Source: Gloeobacterales cyanobacterium (lineage in GTDB: Bacteria; Cyanobacteriota; Cyanobacteriia; Gloeobacterales; PMM-0068). From it: a DNA stretch of 52,757 nt. Below are positions 1 to 12,271 of this stretch, in pieces (position 1 is the first letter of the stretch; each line of letters begins with the position of its first letter). The notes under the pieces were generated by a model. That model worked only from the letters and a program-made list of their open reading frames with translations. It did not search any database and was not told where the DNA came from. The stretch lies in the NCBI GenBank assembly GCA_038245785.1, contig JBBRSB010000034.1, forward strand, positions 1-52,757, written 5' to 3'. The position numbers were made by a program, and so were the translations under genes.

Positions 1-462
<462 letters not shown>

Positions 463-548
463 TCGTCACCTGACAAAAACATTCATTCACTATGCAGCCT
501 TCAGGGTTCTGTTGGGATTCTCTTCCCAACGGAAAGTCTAACAAGTTT

Positions 549-665
549 TCCTGGTGTTTATGCGCTGTGGAACCACGCCGATCCATCCCGAACTCGGACG
601 TTAAACGCAGTAGCAGCGAAAGTACTTGGGGGGTAGCCCCCTGGGAGGATAGCCAGATGCCAGGG
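549..665 (+). rRNA. rrf: 5S rRNA
   Basis: Terminal helix TCCTGGTG...TGCCAGG, conserved CCATCCCGAACTCGG, about 117 nt, downstream of 23S. Confidence 0.96.
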
Positions 666-675
666 AAAATATTTT

Positions 676-704
676 AAAAAGCCCCGCATTGAGCGGGGCT
701 TTTT
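676..704. terminator. Bidirectional intrinsic terminator of the rRNA operon
   Basis: AAAAA-GCCCCGC-ATTGA-GCGGGGC-TTTTT, between rrf (+) and the convergent SDR gene (-). Confidence 0.9.
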
Positions 705-734
705 GCTTTAGGCAATCTTAGGGCCAGTGCGTTG

Positions 735-1481
735 CTAGAGTGTGCTCATTCCACCATCAATAATGATTTCGCTACCGAGCATGAAGGCTGATTCATCAGA
801 GGCAAGAAATACTATAGCATCGGCTATTTCAATTGGTTTGCCAAATCTTCCTAGAGGAACTTGCTTCTGGATGCCTTCAGCCATCTGAGCCACCGTGGCC
901 GCTGGCATGCCGAGTTTGCCGAAAATCGGTGTTGAAATTGGGCCAGGACTGACTGCATTGATGCGTACACCGCGCTCTACCCATTCGCCAGAGAGCGTGC
1001 GTGCCAGAGAGAGTAGCGCTGCCTTTGATGCGCCGTACACTGATGACATCGGCATACCCATATGGGCGCTGTTCGAGGTGTTGAAAACAATAGATGCTGG
1101 GTTAGCTAAAATCGGTGCGAGTGCTTGCATCAGGAAATACGGCCCTTTTAGGTTGATGGCCATCTGTTTATCGAAACTTGCTTCATCCCATGCTTCCACA
1201 GGTTGGAAAATGGAGATACCAGCGTTGACAAATACGGCGTCCAGTTGACCGAATTCTGTCTTGAGTCGATCGGCTAAGAGCTTCTGGTCAGCGACCTTTC
1301 CGGCATCACTGGCAATGATGACACCGCCTGGCAGTTCCTCTTTTGCTGCCTCAAGGGTCTTTGGGTTTTGACCAGTGACTGCGACGCGTGCGCCTTCTTG
1401 CAAAAATCGCTTTGCGGTCTCCAATCCGATGCCCGTGGTGCCGCCGGTGATCAGGGTGCGTTTTCCTTTGAGTCGTGTCAT
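735..1481 (-). CDS. Short-chain dehydrogenase/reductase (SDR)
   Basis: TGGTTGIG Rossmann motif, VNAG, catalytic YGASK, C-terminal IIDGG. Confidence 0.95.
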   Translation of the reverse strand: MTRLKGKRTLITGGTTGIGLETAKRFLQEGARVAVTGQNPKTLEAAKEELPGGVIIASDAGKVADQKLLADRLKTEFGQLDAVFVNAGISIFQPVEAWDEASFDKQMAINLKGPYFLMQALAPILANPASIVFNTSNSAHMGMPMSSVYGASKAALLSLARTLSGEWVERGVRINAVSPGPISTPIFGKLGMPAATVAQMAEGIQKQVPLGRFGKPIEIADAIVFLASDESAFMLGSEIIIDGGMSTL

Positions 1482-1532
1482 TTAAAAGTGTCCTTTGAAA
1501 ATGAATCCAGGTAAATCCATCGTATTTGCATT

Positions 1533-1587
1533 AGTTTCTGTTGTATAGTAGGTACCAATTGGATACTATGGCTCCAGATAGAAACTT
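1533..1587. promoter_or_regulatory. Palindromic operator region between the divergent SDR and HxlR genes
   Basis: Imperfect palindrome ATAGTAGGTACCAATTGGATACTAT (1545-1569), flanked by AGTTTCTGT (1533-1541) and ATAGAAACT (1579-1587). Confidence 0.5.
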
Positions 1588-2064
1588 ATGAATGCAAACG
1601 TCGATCTCCCTGGCGCTGATCCCCCATGCGACCCCGTTATTGGAGCAATGACCACCTCCGATGGGCCTAACTGTCCGATGGTTCAGCTCCTCGGTACTCT
1701 TGCAGGCAAGTGGGCTTTCCCGATCTTGTATCGACTGATTATCTTTGATGCGCCGATACGCTTTGGTGAACTGCAGCGATCGATTGGAAAGATAACGCAA
1801 AAGGAACTAACCAAACATCTACGCCAGTTTGAGTCACTTGGGTTGTTAACACGCACCGTGTATCCTGAGGTGCCGCCGCGTGTGGAGTACCGCATTACTG
1901 ATTATGGCAAGACACTCGAAGCACCGTTGTCCGAACTCGCACGCTGGAGTGTGACATTCGGTGAGCCTCTGTTTATGGCAAGCAAGCGTATGAATGGGAA
2001 GACAACGAATGGAACCGTTGACTGTCGGCAATCCGAAGCAGCAAGTGCAACTCAAAACCCTTAG
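1588..2064 (+). CDS. HxlR/DUF24-family winged-helix regulator (start may lie downstream)
   Basis: CP...L.GKW...IL..L, RFGELQR, ITQKELTKHLRQFE..GL, YPEVPPRVEY. The N-terminal Cys is typical of thiol-sensing members. Confidence 0.93.
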   Translation: MNANVDLPGADPPCDPVIGAMTTSDGPNCPMVQLLGTLAGKWAFPILYRLIIFDAPIRFGELQRSIGKITQKELTKHLRQFESLGLLTRTVYPEVPPRVEYRITDYGKTLEAPLSELARWSVTFGEPLFMASKRMNGKTTNGTVDCRQSEAASATQNP

Positions 2065-2106
2065 GATGGGAAGACTAGACCATAGATCTTCTTTTGTGGG
2101 TGAGTT

Positions 2107-2853
2107 GTGCAAGAAGTGCCTCCGTCTGATCGCTTTCCCCAGCTTTTTTGGGGATTGCTTGCCCTATCTTTTGCTCTTGTGATTGCAGCCTTCCTCGCTG
2201 CTGGAGCCATTCGAGATGTTCGCCAGAATGATGTCCTCACTGTCAAGGGCTCTGCTAAAAGACCGATTCGGTCTGACTATGTGACATGGCAGGTCAGCGT
2301 ATCCAGTCAGCAGCCTACGCGGAAAGCGGCTTATCAGGAATTGAAGGGCTATGCGGAGAAGGTAAAGCGTTATTTAGAGGCACAGCGTCTACCGAATACG
2401 GAGATCATGTTAACTCCTATCGTTACCTCTTCCATTCTGGAGCGCTATCCTAATGGTCAAGAGACAGGTAAGACCTTGGCCTATCAGCTGAGAGAGAGTC
2501 TGCAGCTTAAATCCAATGAAGTTGACCGGATTACTACGCTTTCGCGCCAAGCTAATGAACTCATTAATGAAGGTATTCCTGTTGAGTTAGCGCCTCCAGA
2601 GTACCTCTATACCCAGCTCAGTAAGTTGCGCATTGAAATGCTCGCAGAAGCAACTAAAGATGCGAAAGCACGGGCCGAAATAATTGCAAAAAGTACGGGT
2701 AATCGCATCGGTGTCGTGCGCAGTGCAGACACCGGCATTTTCCAAATTACACCCCGTTACTCCACAGAAGTTAGTGACTCAGGGATTTACGATACGTCTT
2801 CTTTAGAAAAAGATATTACAGCAGTTGTAACGGTTAAATTTGCTATTGAATAG
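2107..2853 (+). CDS. SIMPL (DUF541) domain protein
   Basis: N-terminal TM, VTVKGSAKR, ATKDAKARAE.IA, GIFQIT, KDITAVVTVKF. Confidence 0.9.
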   Translation: MQEVPPSDRFPQLFWGLLALSFALVIAAFLAAGAIRDVRQNDVLTVKGSAKRPIRSDYVTWQVSVSSQQPTRKAAYQELKGYAEKVKRYLEAQRLPNTEIMLTPIVTSSILERYPNGQETGKTLAYQLRESLQLKSNEVDRITTLSRQANELINEGIPVELAPPEYLYTQLSKLRIEMLAEATKDAKARAEIIAKSTGNRIGVVRSADTGIFQITPRYSTEVSDSGIYDTSSLEKDITAVVTVKFAIE

Positions 2854-2854
2854 G

Positions 2855-2883
2855 CCCCCCCGGCCCCCCAACTTTGGGGGGAG
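2855..2883. repeat. GC-rich short palindromic dispersed-repeat unit
   Basis: CCCCCCCGGCCCCCCAACTTTGGGGGGAG directly after the SIMPL stop. Resembles CCCCC-N-GGGGG intergenic repeats seen in cyanobacteria (recalled, not searched). Confidence 0.6.
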
Positions 2884-2962
2884 AAACATCCTTACCTCGC
2901 AAGAATCAATCGATACTAACTATTACTCAAGGTAAATTAGATACATTATTCTGAGGTGTCTC

Positions 2963-3775
2963 GTGCCGATAGTTCGTTCCCTGTGGAAACCACCTTTTGA
3001 AAAAGAAGAGCTCCCTCATTGGCTCTGCCCCGAGTGTCACGCAGGACATCTCAGGCTCGTCGAAGACAGTTTCAAGGAAAAAGAGCTTTTATGCTCAAGA
3101 AATGCAAATTCAAAGGATGATATAGATTATCATAAATATTCTTATTCAACTATATTTGAATGCGACAATACTCGATGTAACGAAAGCTTTTCGTCTTGTG
3201 GCCATCTCGAAGTTTTTATAACATATGATAACTTTGGTTTGTTTGAAGGCAAGTATCGCAATGATCTTAGAATGGGTGATGTTAGGCTAACTCCAAAGTA
3301 TTTTCACCCATCCTTGGACATTTTTCCAATTCCTTCTACGTGCCCGGAATCGGTAGCTAAAGAGATAAAGCTATCCTTTCAGTTATTCTTTTGCAGTCCA
3401 GCAGCTTCAGCCAACCACATCCGCAAAAGTATCGAAAATCTTTTAACCGATAGTGGCATTGAGCGTTTTTCAAAAAAGAATCAACAGGACTTTATTAGTT
3501 TAGATAATCGAATAAAAATATATAAATCTAGAAATTCAAGCGATGCAGAACGCGAACGCGTTGAAAACCGCGTTGGAGAGCATATGCTTGCAATAAAGTG
3601 GATTGGTAATGAAGGTAGTCACGGAGAGCTATCAAGAGATGATTTGCTGGATGCATATGACATTTTGGAGATCATACTTGATGAACTATACGTAGGGCAT
3701 AAAAAAGCAGTGGAGGACAAAGTATCAGAGATTAACAAGACAAAAAAACCTTTCAGTGGAGCAAAGAGTTCTTAG
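2963..3775 (+). CDS. DUF4145 (HEPN-like) domain protein with N-terminal Cys cluster
   Basis: CPEC and C-x4-C at the N-terminus; ASANHIRKSIENLL; IKWIGNEGSH HEPN-like motif; AT-richer than its neighbours. Confidence 0.85.
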   Translation: MPIVRSLWKPPFEKEELPHWLCPECHAGHLRLVEDSFKEKELLCSRNANSKDDIDYHKYSYSTIFECDNTRCNESFSSCGHLEVFITYDNFGLFEGKYRNDLRMGDVRLTPKYFHPSLDIFPIPSTCPESVAKEIKLSFQLFFCSPAASANHIRKSIENLLTDSGIERFSKKNQQDFISLDNRIKIYKSRNSSDAERERVENRVGEHMLAIKWIGNEGSHGELSRDDLLDAYDILEIILDELYVGHKKAVEDKVSEINKTKKPFSGAKSS

Positions 3776-3785
3776 AGAGATACTC

Positions 3786-4739
3786 TTAAGCTTTACCTAG
3801 CGCCTTTTTGAGGGCTGCGATGGATTCTATCGTCGTATGATTGTCTGCCACATGGACGCCTAGAGGACGAACACGAGAAATTCTGGCTTTTCTGATGCGC
3901 TGTTCTAAAATTCCAAAACTTCCTTCATCCAGAATTACTAAGTCTGCAGACTGCAAGATAGCGTTTATTTCTTGTTCGTCCTCTGGATGGGCTATGAGAA
4001 TCAGTAATTCTTCTCCGCGCATACTTTGAGTGAGGATATTGGCACCATAGAGTATGCTACGGCTGAGGCAAATAATGCCTAAACAGCTTCCAGAACGCAG
4101 CTGTTCTACTAAGGTAATTTCTTCGGTGTAGGTATTGATATCAATTGGAAGAACAGGGATTTCCATTCCCTCTAGGGCTTCTTTGACTTGAGGCATACAG
4201 TAGCGGTCTGTGACCACGGTGGCTGCAGGGTTATGCTTCAAATAATGGGACAGTTCATCTATAGGCAAACCCAAGACAGGGATATCTAAGGCTTTTTGTA
4301 GTTCGTGGGCCACGACCCTGAGGATTCCTTTGTCTGGAGAAGTTGCAATAAGCTGTGCTCCGTGATGGCTGCGTAGTTCTAGTTCCCGTATAAACATGGC
4401 TGTGACCTGTTCTAGGGAATAGCCTTGGGCCAAAACAGCATCGATACTGCCCTGTATGAGCTGCTTTATGGTGGAATGCATAGATAGACTGAGGGTTTCT
4501 GGATTCAGCACATAGACCCCTGAACCGGCTCGAGCTTCTACAAGTCCTGACTTTTCTAAATGGGTATAAACTTTACTGATCGTGTTCCGATGCAGATTCG
4601 TTTGCATCGCCAATTGTCGCACGCTTGGCAACTTCGAACCTGGAGGGAGCTGTCGTGAAGCGATAGCAAAACTCACCTGTTCGTATAGTTGAGCAGAAGG
4701 CGGAACGGAACTATCAACATTAATACGGAAAGTGGGCAC
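3786..4739 (-). CDS. plmA: GntR-family regulator, cyanobacterial PlmA type
   Basis: KLPSVRQLAMQTNLHRNTISKVY..LE..GLVEARAGSGVYV N-terminus and ~320-aa length match PlmA. Confidence 0.85.
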   Translation of the reverse strand: MPTFRINVDSSVPPSAQLYEQVSFAIASRQLPPGSKLPSVRQLAMQTNLHRNTISKVYTHLEKSGLVEARAGSGVYVLNPETLSLSMHSTIKQLIQGSIDAVLAQGYSLEQVTAMFIRELELRSHHGAQLIATSPDKGILRVVAHELQKALDIPVLGLPIDELSHYLKHNPAATVVTDRYCMPQVKEALEGMEIPVLPIDINTYTEEITLVEQLRSGSCLGIICLSRSILYGANILTQSMRGEELLILIAHPEDEQEINAILQSADLVILDEGSFGILEQRIRKARISRVRPLGVHVADNHTTIESIAALKKALGKA

Positions 4740-4795
4740 GGGAGTCTCGTTTCAGCCTGTTTCTACTTCGAGTATTCCCTGCCTATGCACATCAT

Positions 4796-6799
<2,004 letters not shown>

Positions 6800-6879
6800 T
6801 TAGCTGTAGGGGACTGCGGTAGATCTTGCCATAGATTAGCTAACTACCTGCCCAAGTATGCCCTATCCTTTTACAGAAA

Positions 6880-7428
6880 TCAGTTGACCACGCGGGTCCA
6901 CTGAGATTGGTCATCCAGCTGGAAGCAGAGGGAACGATTCCTAAGCTGTCCATAGGGAATAGTCAAAGAGTTAATCAAACCGATGCCAAAAATAGAAGAC
7001 ATGACAATGTACCCATAAGGCTCTCTTTTTCCTGCCGCTTCACGCTGCTGACAGGTCCAGCTTCCGGTGTTGGTGGCCGTGACCTCAATGGTGACATGGG
7101 GTTGGTCTAACTCCCAGCCTACAAGACGCAAGACTTCTGCGTTTCCTCCAGCCTTCTGAATCATCTGTTGGGTTTTGTACGCACGACTTTCAGAACGGAG
7201 CACGTTACAGTAGATGACTAACTCCTGCAAATTAGGCCAGAGGTTGCCTGTAATCGTCGGCTTCCAGAATTCACGCTCCGTTTGACGGATGAGCGGTCTG
7301 GATGACGAAAGCACAGTGCTTTGCACAAGAGGACGGACGGCACTCTGTTCTTCTGAAGAGAAGAGGCTGCGAATCTTCCCAAACAGATTTTTAGGATTTT
7401 GTGCTTTTTCCACAGGGAACACTCCCAT
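6880..7428 (-). CDS. Hypothetical protein
   Basis: 182-aa ORF co-oriented between comEC and ligA; no motif recognised. Confidence 0.6.
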   Translation of the reverse strand: MGVFPVEKAQNPKNLFGKIRSLFSSEEQSAVRPLVQSTVLSSSRPLIRQTEREFWKPTITGNLWPNLQELVIYCNVLRSESRAYKTQQMIQKAGGNAEVLRLVGWELDQPHVTIEVTATNTGSWTCQQREAAGKREPYGYIVMSSIFGIGLINSLTIPYGQLRNRSLCFQLDDQSQWTRVVN

Positions 7429-7511
7429 CGTGCGATTTCACAAGAAACTCTCGGTAATGCTTTGGAATTCTAAGCAACCAAAAATGTTCTAGGCTCTCGC
7501 TTAAATTGTAG

Positions 7512-9674
7512 CTATTTTGCAATCGTCAGGAGCTTTTGCTGTTCGTGGGAAAGAGAAGAGTGGAGAGGAAAGCTGCGGTCTCCTTCTACTGCTGTCCAGT
7601 AAAAGGGTTGTCTGTTTTGGGCCAGTTGTTCCAAGGTCTCCGGGTTTAAATCTGGATGGGTAAAAGCCAGCAGGCTATAGGTTTCGCGCTGTGAGAAGGT
7701 TAACTTATTACCCAAGGCCCATAAAACAGATGTATCTGAGGAGTTAGGAGAGGAGGAACGGCTCCAAGTAATCAATCCTGGCGTGGGTTGGGAAAGAAAC
7801 AAACCTTCCGCTAGTGCCAAGGACTGTTCTAATTTCCGGTAGGCAATCCCTCGATTGAGAAGGTAAACCAAAACAGCAGAATAATCGGCACTCACTTCTT
7901 GAGGACCTAAATCAATTACTTGGTCCGTTCCCAGTTGGCTTAGCAGCGTGGGCAGACCACTGACTTGTTCTGTCTGGTTATCTAGAACAAGGACGCCTTG
8001 GAGATGATTAATGCCTTGGCGTTGGAAGTAGGGCAGCAGATATCGTTCTACGGTTTGTGGGGTCCCTGGATCTACCACCCACGTTTGACCGGCTATTCGA
8101 ACAATCCCTGCTTGGGTGCCTTGGAAGAGTACGAGCTGGTCTGGAACAGGACGCAGCATCGGGATAAACAAGATGAAACCGACAGCGGCAATGCTTACCC
8201 AGCGGGGAAGCGCGCGCGTAGATAAGGGGAGATGAACCAAAGCTAAGAGGCCATAAAGCAGCACCATCTGTCCGGTGGCGAGGGTCCCGACATTGATCGT
8301 GGCTCCCGGCGCTTGGGCAAGGAATTGGACCAAGGCATCCAAGAGGCTCAGTCCCCACCCTAAAATCCAGTCCATCCAGGTTGCAAGTAAGGGAAAAATT
8401 AGTCCTATTACGCTAGAGCAAAATCCTCCAATCGTAAGCAATTCGACGAAGGGTACACTCAGCAGATTAGCCAGTAACGCATAGGGACTGAGGGAACCAA
8501 AACTAGCAAGTTGCAGAGGAAGGGTCCATATATAAGCACTCACGGCGACAGCAAGGTTCATGCCGATTACAGGAGGTAAAAAATCCAACCAGGTTGTTAC
8601 CTTGGGGACTGTGACCAGTAACCCAAGCGTTGCCAGGAAACTAAAGGCAAAGCCTAAGTCACTTATTAACAGAGGGTCCCAGGCTAAGAGCAGAAGGGCC
8701 GCTGTTGCCAGGGATAGAAGGGGATCAATCTTAGTGGCAGACACCAGGCCCAGTAGGGCAAAGAAACCCATGATTCCTGCCCTTAGCACTGAAGGACTTC
8801 CCCCCGTCAGCAGTAGATAGCCAAACAGCACAAGACCCGTGACCCAAAATTGCACGGTCGGTTTTTGATTTCTGAGAAGCAGAAGTACGTTGAGGAGAAT
8901 CAGGCTGACCTGAGCACCAGAAGCGGCTAGTAGATGCGCTAGGCCGACGCGGATGTAGCGTTCTTTGACAGAAGGTAAGGGTTCAGCGGCTTCATCTCCC
9001 AAAACCAAAGCACTGAGCAAGGGTCCTCGCACAGGACCCAGCGCTTCCCGGTGGATTGCTACTATCTTCTCTCGCAGAGGTTTTATCCAGGTTCCCATAC
9101 CTGTTCCTGCATGATTTAGGACCTTCAGTCCGCCGTGTTCTATGCGGAGTGTGGAAAAAATACCCTGTCGTCTCAGGTACGCCGAATAGTCTGTTCTACC
9201 CTCAGGGACAGTCTGGAGTTTGCCTTTCAACTGCACTAAGTCTCCAGGAGACAAATCGGGCAAAAATCCCTGGACGTTAGCTTGGACAGTTCCTGTAACC
9301 GGACGCGCAAGCGGTTGACTAAGTTGAGAAACAGAAACCGTGAGCCCTGAGCGCTGGCTGGCCCGTTCTACTTTTCCTTCAAGGGTGACGATGCCCAAAT
9401 TGCTATATCGAGAGAGGTCTTGAGAGCCTACGGTAGGCATTCTTAATGCACCATAGCCCTGGGCCAGAAGACTAAGCAGGATGGCTCCTATCCAAAATTG
9501 CTTTTCTGGAAGTAAGGGATAGCGGTCGGCCAGTACCGAACCCAACAGACCGACGAACAGCACCCAAATCCAGCCAAAAGGCAGGGGCAAAGTCCCCAAG
9601 CCCAAGAGTACGGCTCCTACGGCCAACCAAAAAATCCAGCGTGGAGAAACCGTAGTCTGCCAGAGGGAGCCCAT
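7512..9674 (-). CDS. comEC: ComEC/Rec2 competence channel
   Basis: OB/DUF4131 region, GLAHLLAASGAQV, SPSVLRAGIM, GFAFSFLATLGL; degenerate beta-lactamase-like C-terminus. Confidence 0.95.
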   Translation of the reverse strand: MGSLWQTTVSPRWIFWLAVGAVLLGLGTLPLPFGWIWVLFVGLLGSVLADRYPLLPEKQFWIGAILLSLLAQGYGALRMPTVGSQDLSRYSNLGIVTLEGKVERASQRSGLTVSVSQLSQPLARPVTGTVQANVQGFLPDLSPGDLVQLKGKLQTVPEGRTDYSAYLRRQGIFSTLRIEHGGLKVLNHAGTGMGTWIKPLREKIVAIHREALGPVRGPLLSALVLGDEAAEPLPSVKERYIRVGLAHLLAASGAQVSLILLNVLLLLRNQKPTVQFWVTGLVLFGYLLLTGGSPSVLRAGIMGFFALLGLVSATKIDPLLSLATAALLLLAWDPLLISDLGFAFSFLATLGLLVTVPKVTTWLDFLPPVIGMNLAVAVSAYIWTLPLQLASFGSLSPYALLANLLSVPFVELLTIGGFCSSVIGLIFPLLATWMDWILGWGLSLLDALVQFLAQAPGATINVGTLATGQMVLLYGLLALVHLPLSTRALPRWVSIAAVGFILFIPMLRPVPDQLVLFQGTQAGIVRIAGQTWVVDPGTPQTVERYLLPYFQRQGINHLQGVLVLDNQTEQVSGLPTLLSQLGTDQVIDLGPQEVSADYSAVLVYLLNRGIAYRKLEQSLALAEGLFLSQPTPGLITWSRSSSPNSSDTSVLWALGNKLTFSQRETYSLLAFTHPDLNPETLEQLAQNRQPFYWTAVEGDRSFPLHSSLSHEQQKLLTIAK

Positions 9675-9681
9675 GATGGGG

Positions 9682-10440
9682 TTAGTCCACTTTTAAATCA
9701 CGGGCCAGCGATTTGAGTTTGGCATCGGTAACGCCAGGGATTTCCTTCAGGTCTTCTAAGCGCGTCAATCGACCGCTATGGTCCAACCGGAGTTGGAGGA
9801 TCTGACCCGCTAGCTTGGGAGAAACGCCCCGTATTGCTTCCAGCTCATCGTAGGTAGCTTGGTTGATACTTAGGTGCGCCGTATTTTTTTGAGTATCACT
9901 CGATTTGCCTTCATAAATAGCTGTTTGGCCGTTGATGGTGACTATGCCAGAAAGTTTGACTAAGGTGCCACGACCAATTCCGCTGACGCGGTCTAAGTCG
10001 GCTAGTGACTTGTAAAGACCATTGGCCTGGCGGTCCTGGACAATCTTTTCTGCAGTAGAAGGTCCAATTTTAGGCAACTTGGTGAGTTCTTCGGCCGTTG
10101 CTTGATTGAGATCTACAGCTTTGTTCAGGGCTGCGGCCGTGGAAGATTGGACGGCACGAGAAGCCTGGGAAGGGGCCTCTTTTCTAGAAGGTACGGTGAG
10201 ATAGCCATCCCCTTTTAGGGGCGCTACAAGGTCTAAGCCTGCGGTTTGTGCGTCAGAACGAGTGCCTCCAGCGGCTTGAATGGCATCGATAGTCCGAGAG
10301 TTCGCGGGTAAGGTGTACTTCCCTGGTTTGTTTACCGCGCCAGAAACGCTGACTTTTATAAACTGGGCATAGCTGGGCAGGGCAAAGGAGACGGATAGTA
10401 GGCTCAAAGCTACTAAACGCAGCCAGGTAGAACGCTTCAT
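9682..10440 (-). CDS. comEA: ComEA-like DNA receptor (SLBB plus two HhH domains)
   Basis: Signal peptide, VSGAVNKPG SLBB, DLNQATAEELTKLPKIGPSTA and SINQATYDELEAIRGV HhH units; directly upstream of comEC. Confidence 0.92.
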   Translation of the reverse strand: MKRSTWLRLVALSLLSVSFALPSYAQFIKVSVSGAVNKPGKYTLPANSRTIDAIQAAGGTRSDAQTAGLDLVAPLKGDGYLTVPSRKEAPSQASRAVQSSTAAALNKAVDLNQATAEELTKLPKIGPSTAEKIVQDRQANGLYKSLADLDRVSGIGRGTLVKLSGIVTINGQTAIYEGKSSDTQKNTAHLSINQATYDELEAIRGVSPKLAGQILQLRLDHSGRLTRLEDLKEIPGVTDAKLKSLARDLKVD

Positions 10441-10619
10441 AGTGCTGGAAGAAATGTGCAGTCGCTGTAATCATTCTTCCCTGGTTACGGGCATCCATTA
10501 CCAAGACAACATTCACTACTGATAAGTACGAGAGCCGTAGCTGTTGCCTGTATACTTCTTGGCTGGCGCAGATAAAGTTTTAGCGCTAGCCGTTTTCGCG
10601 AAAAAGTTGCCTATCTATT

Positions 10620-11516
10620 ATGAAAAGAAGTTCTGTTTTGATATTGCTGGCATTGTTACCTCTAATCGGTGCATTACCCTCCTACGCGGCCCCTGGGAAT
10701 GATAAACCGTTTACCATAGGCGCAATTCCCGACCAAGATCCGGAGAAATTGCAGCGGCTCTATAGCAAGCTGGCTGATTATCTCAAGGCAGAACTGGGCG
10801 TACCTGTAGTTTTTAAGCCTGTGACGGACTACACCGCAGCAGTAACGGCGTTCCGAGTAGGCGACTTGGATATGGTCTGGTTTGGAGGACTTACGGGCGT
10901 TCAGGCTCGTCTACAAGTACCGGGAGCGCAAGCGATTGCCCAGCGGAATATTGATGCACAGTTCCATAGTGTTTTTATTGCCAACAAAAATAGTGGCATT
11001 ACTCCGATCAAAGAGATGAAAGAATTAGCGCTTCTGAAGGGCCATACTTTTACCTTTGGCAGTGAATCTTCCACCTCTGGGCGTTTGATGCCTCAGTATT
11101 TTTTGAAGCAGGCAGGTGTAAGCCTGGAAGACTTTAAGGGTAAGGCGGGTTTTTCTAGTTCTCATGATGCCACCCTTCAACTGGTCACGGCTGGAACCTA
11201 TGAATCAGGGGTCTTGAATGAACAAGTTTGGCTCAGCCGCCTCAAGTCTAAAGAAGTGGACCTCAGCAAAGTGCAAGCTATTTTTCGCAGCCCTCCGTTT
11301 TATGATTATCACTGGGTAGTAAATCCGAGCGTGAAAACCCGTTACGGTGCCAAATTCATCCCAGAGGTACAGTCAGCGTTATTGAAACTAGACCCTAAAG
11401 TTCCTCAGCACAAAGAAATTTTGGACCTATTTGGTGCCACGAAGTTCATCCCCACCCAAAATGCTAACTATGCTCAGATTGAGCAAGTCGGTAGGGAGAT
11501 TGGCAAGATTAAGTAA
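10620..11516 (+). CDS. phnD: PhnD-like ABC substrate-binding protein (putative selenate/oxyanion subfamily)
   Basis: AIPDQDPEKLQR, WFGGLTGVQAR, TFGSESSTSGRLMP, YDYHW. The substrate is uncertain. Confidence 0.88.
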   Translation: MKRSSVLILLALLPLIGALPSYAAPGNDKPFTIGAIPDQDPEKLQRLYSKLADYLKAELGVPVVFKPVTDYTAAVTAFRVGDLDMVWFGGLTGVQARLQVPGAQAIAQRNIDAQFHSVFIANKNSGITPIKEMKELALLKGHTFTFGSESSTSGRLMPQYFLKQAGVSLEDFKGKAGFSSSHDATLQLVTAGTYESGVLNEQVWLSRLKSKEVDLSKVQAIFRSPPFYDYHWVVNPSVKTRYGAKFIPEVQSALLKLDPKVPQHKEILDLFGATKFIPTQNANYAQIEQVGREIGKIK

Positions 11517-12271
11517 TGAGTCTAGGAGCGCCTATTTTTGAGCTGAAGCAGGTCACCCATCAATTTGGGGGCTCTGTGGCTTTGAGCGATATTAATCTAC
11601 AGATTTATCCTGGAGAGCAGGTGGCACTGATTGGGCCGAGTGGTGCGGGGAAAAGCACCTTGATTCGCCTGTGCAATGGCACGCTTTTGCCGAGTCAAGG
11701 GGAAGTTTGGGTCTTGGGCCAGAACCTTAGTCATCTCCGTACTGATGCTTTACGTCGGACCCAACAAAAAATTGGCACGATTTATCAGCAGTTTCAGCTC
11801 GTCGATAGTCTGCGCGTTATTCACAACGTTAATGCTGGGCATTTGGGCCGCTGGTCTTTTTTCAAAGCTTTGACCTCTTTGGTTTGGCCCCTGGAAGTGG
11901 AAACGGCAAGGGCAGCGCTAGCACAGGTGGGGATGGAGGAAAAACTCTATGCCCGTAACGATGAGCTTTCTGGTGGACAACAGCAACGGGTTGCTCTGGC
12001 ACGGGTTTTAGTGCAAGATCCGCTGGCGATTCTGGCGGATGAACCGATTGCCAGTTTGGACCCTGAGCGTAGTCGAGAAATTATGGATTTGTTGCACGAT
12101 CTCAGTCAAAAAACAGCCAAAACGCTGGTGAGCAGCCTTCATGCCGTTGAATTTGCTCATAGCCACTATCAAAGGGTTATAGGTCTTAGACAGGGACGCA
12201 TCTTGTTTGATAGTCCAGCTAACCAAGTTTCAGCGGAGATGATTGAAGACCTGTATAAGCTTGGACGTTAA
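11516..12271 (+). CDS. phnC: PhnC-like ABC ATPase
   Basis: [31 protein letters not shown]; overlaps the upstream stop (TAATG). Confidence 0.92.
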   Translation: MSLGAPIFELKQVTHQFGGSVALSDINLQIYPGEQVALIGPSGAGKSTLIRLCNGTLLPSQGEVWVLGQNLSHLRTDALRRTQQKIGTIYQQFQLVDSLRVIHNVNAGHLGRWSFFKALTSLVWPLEVETARAALAQVGMEEKLYARNDELSGGQQQRVALARVLVQDPLAILADEPIASLDPERSREIMDLLHDLSQKTAKTLVSSLHAVEFAHSHYQRVIGLRQGRILFDSPANQVSAEMIEDLYKLGR

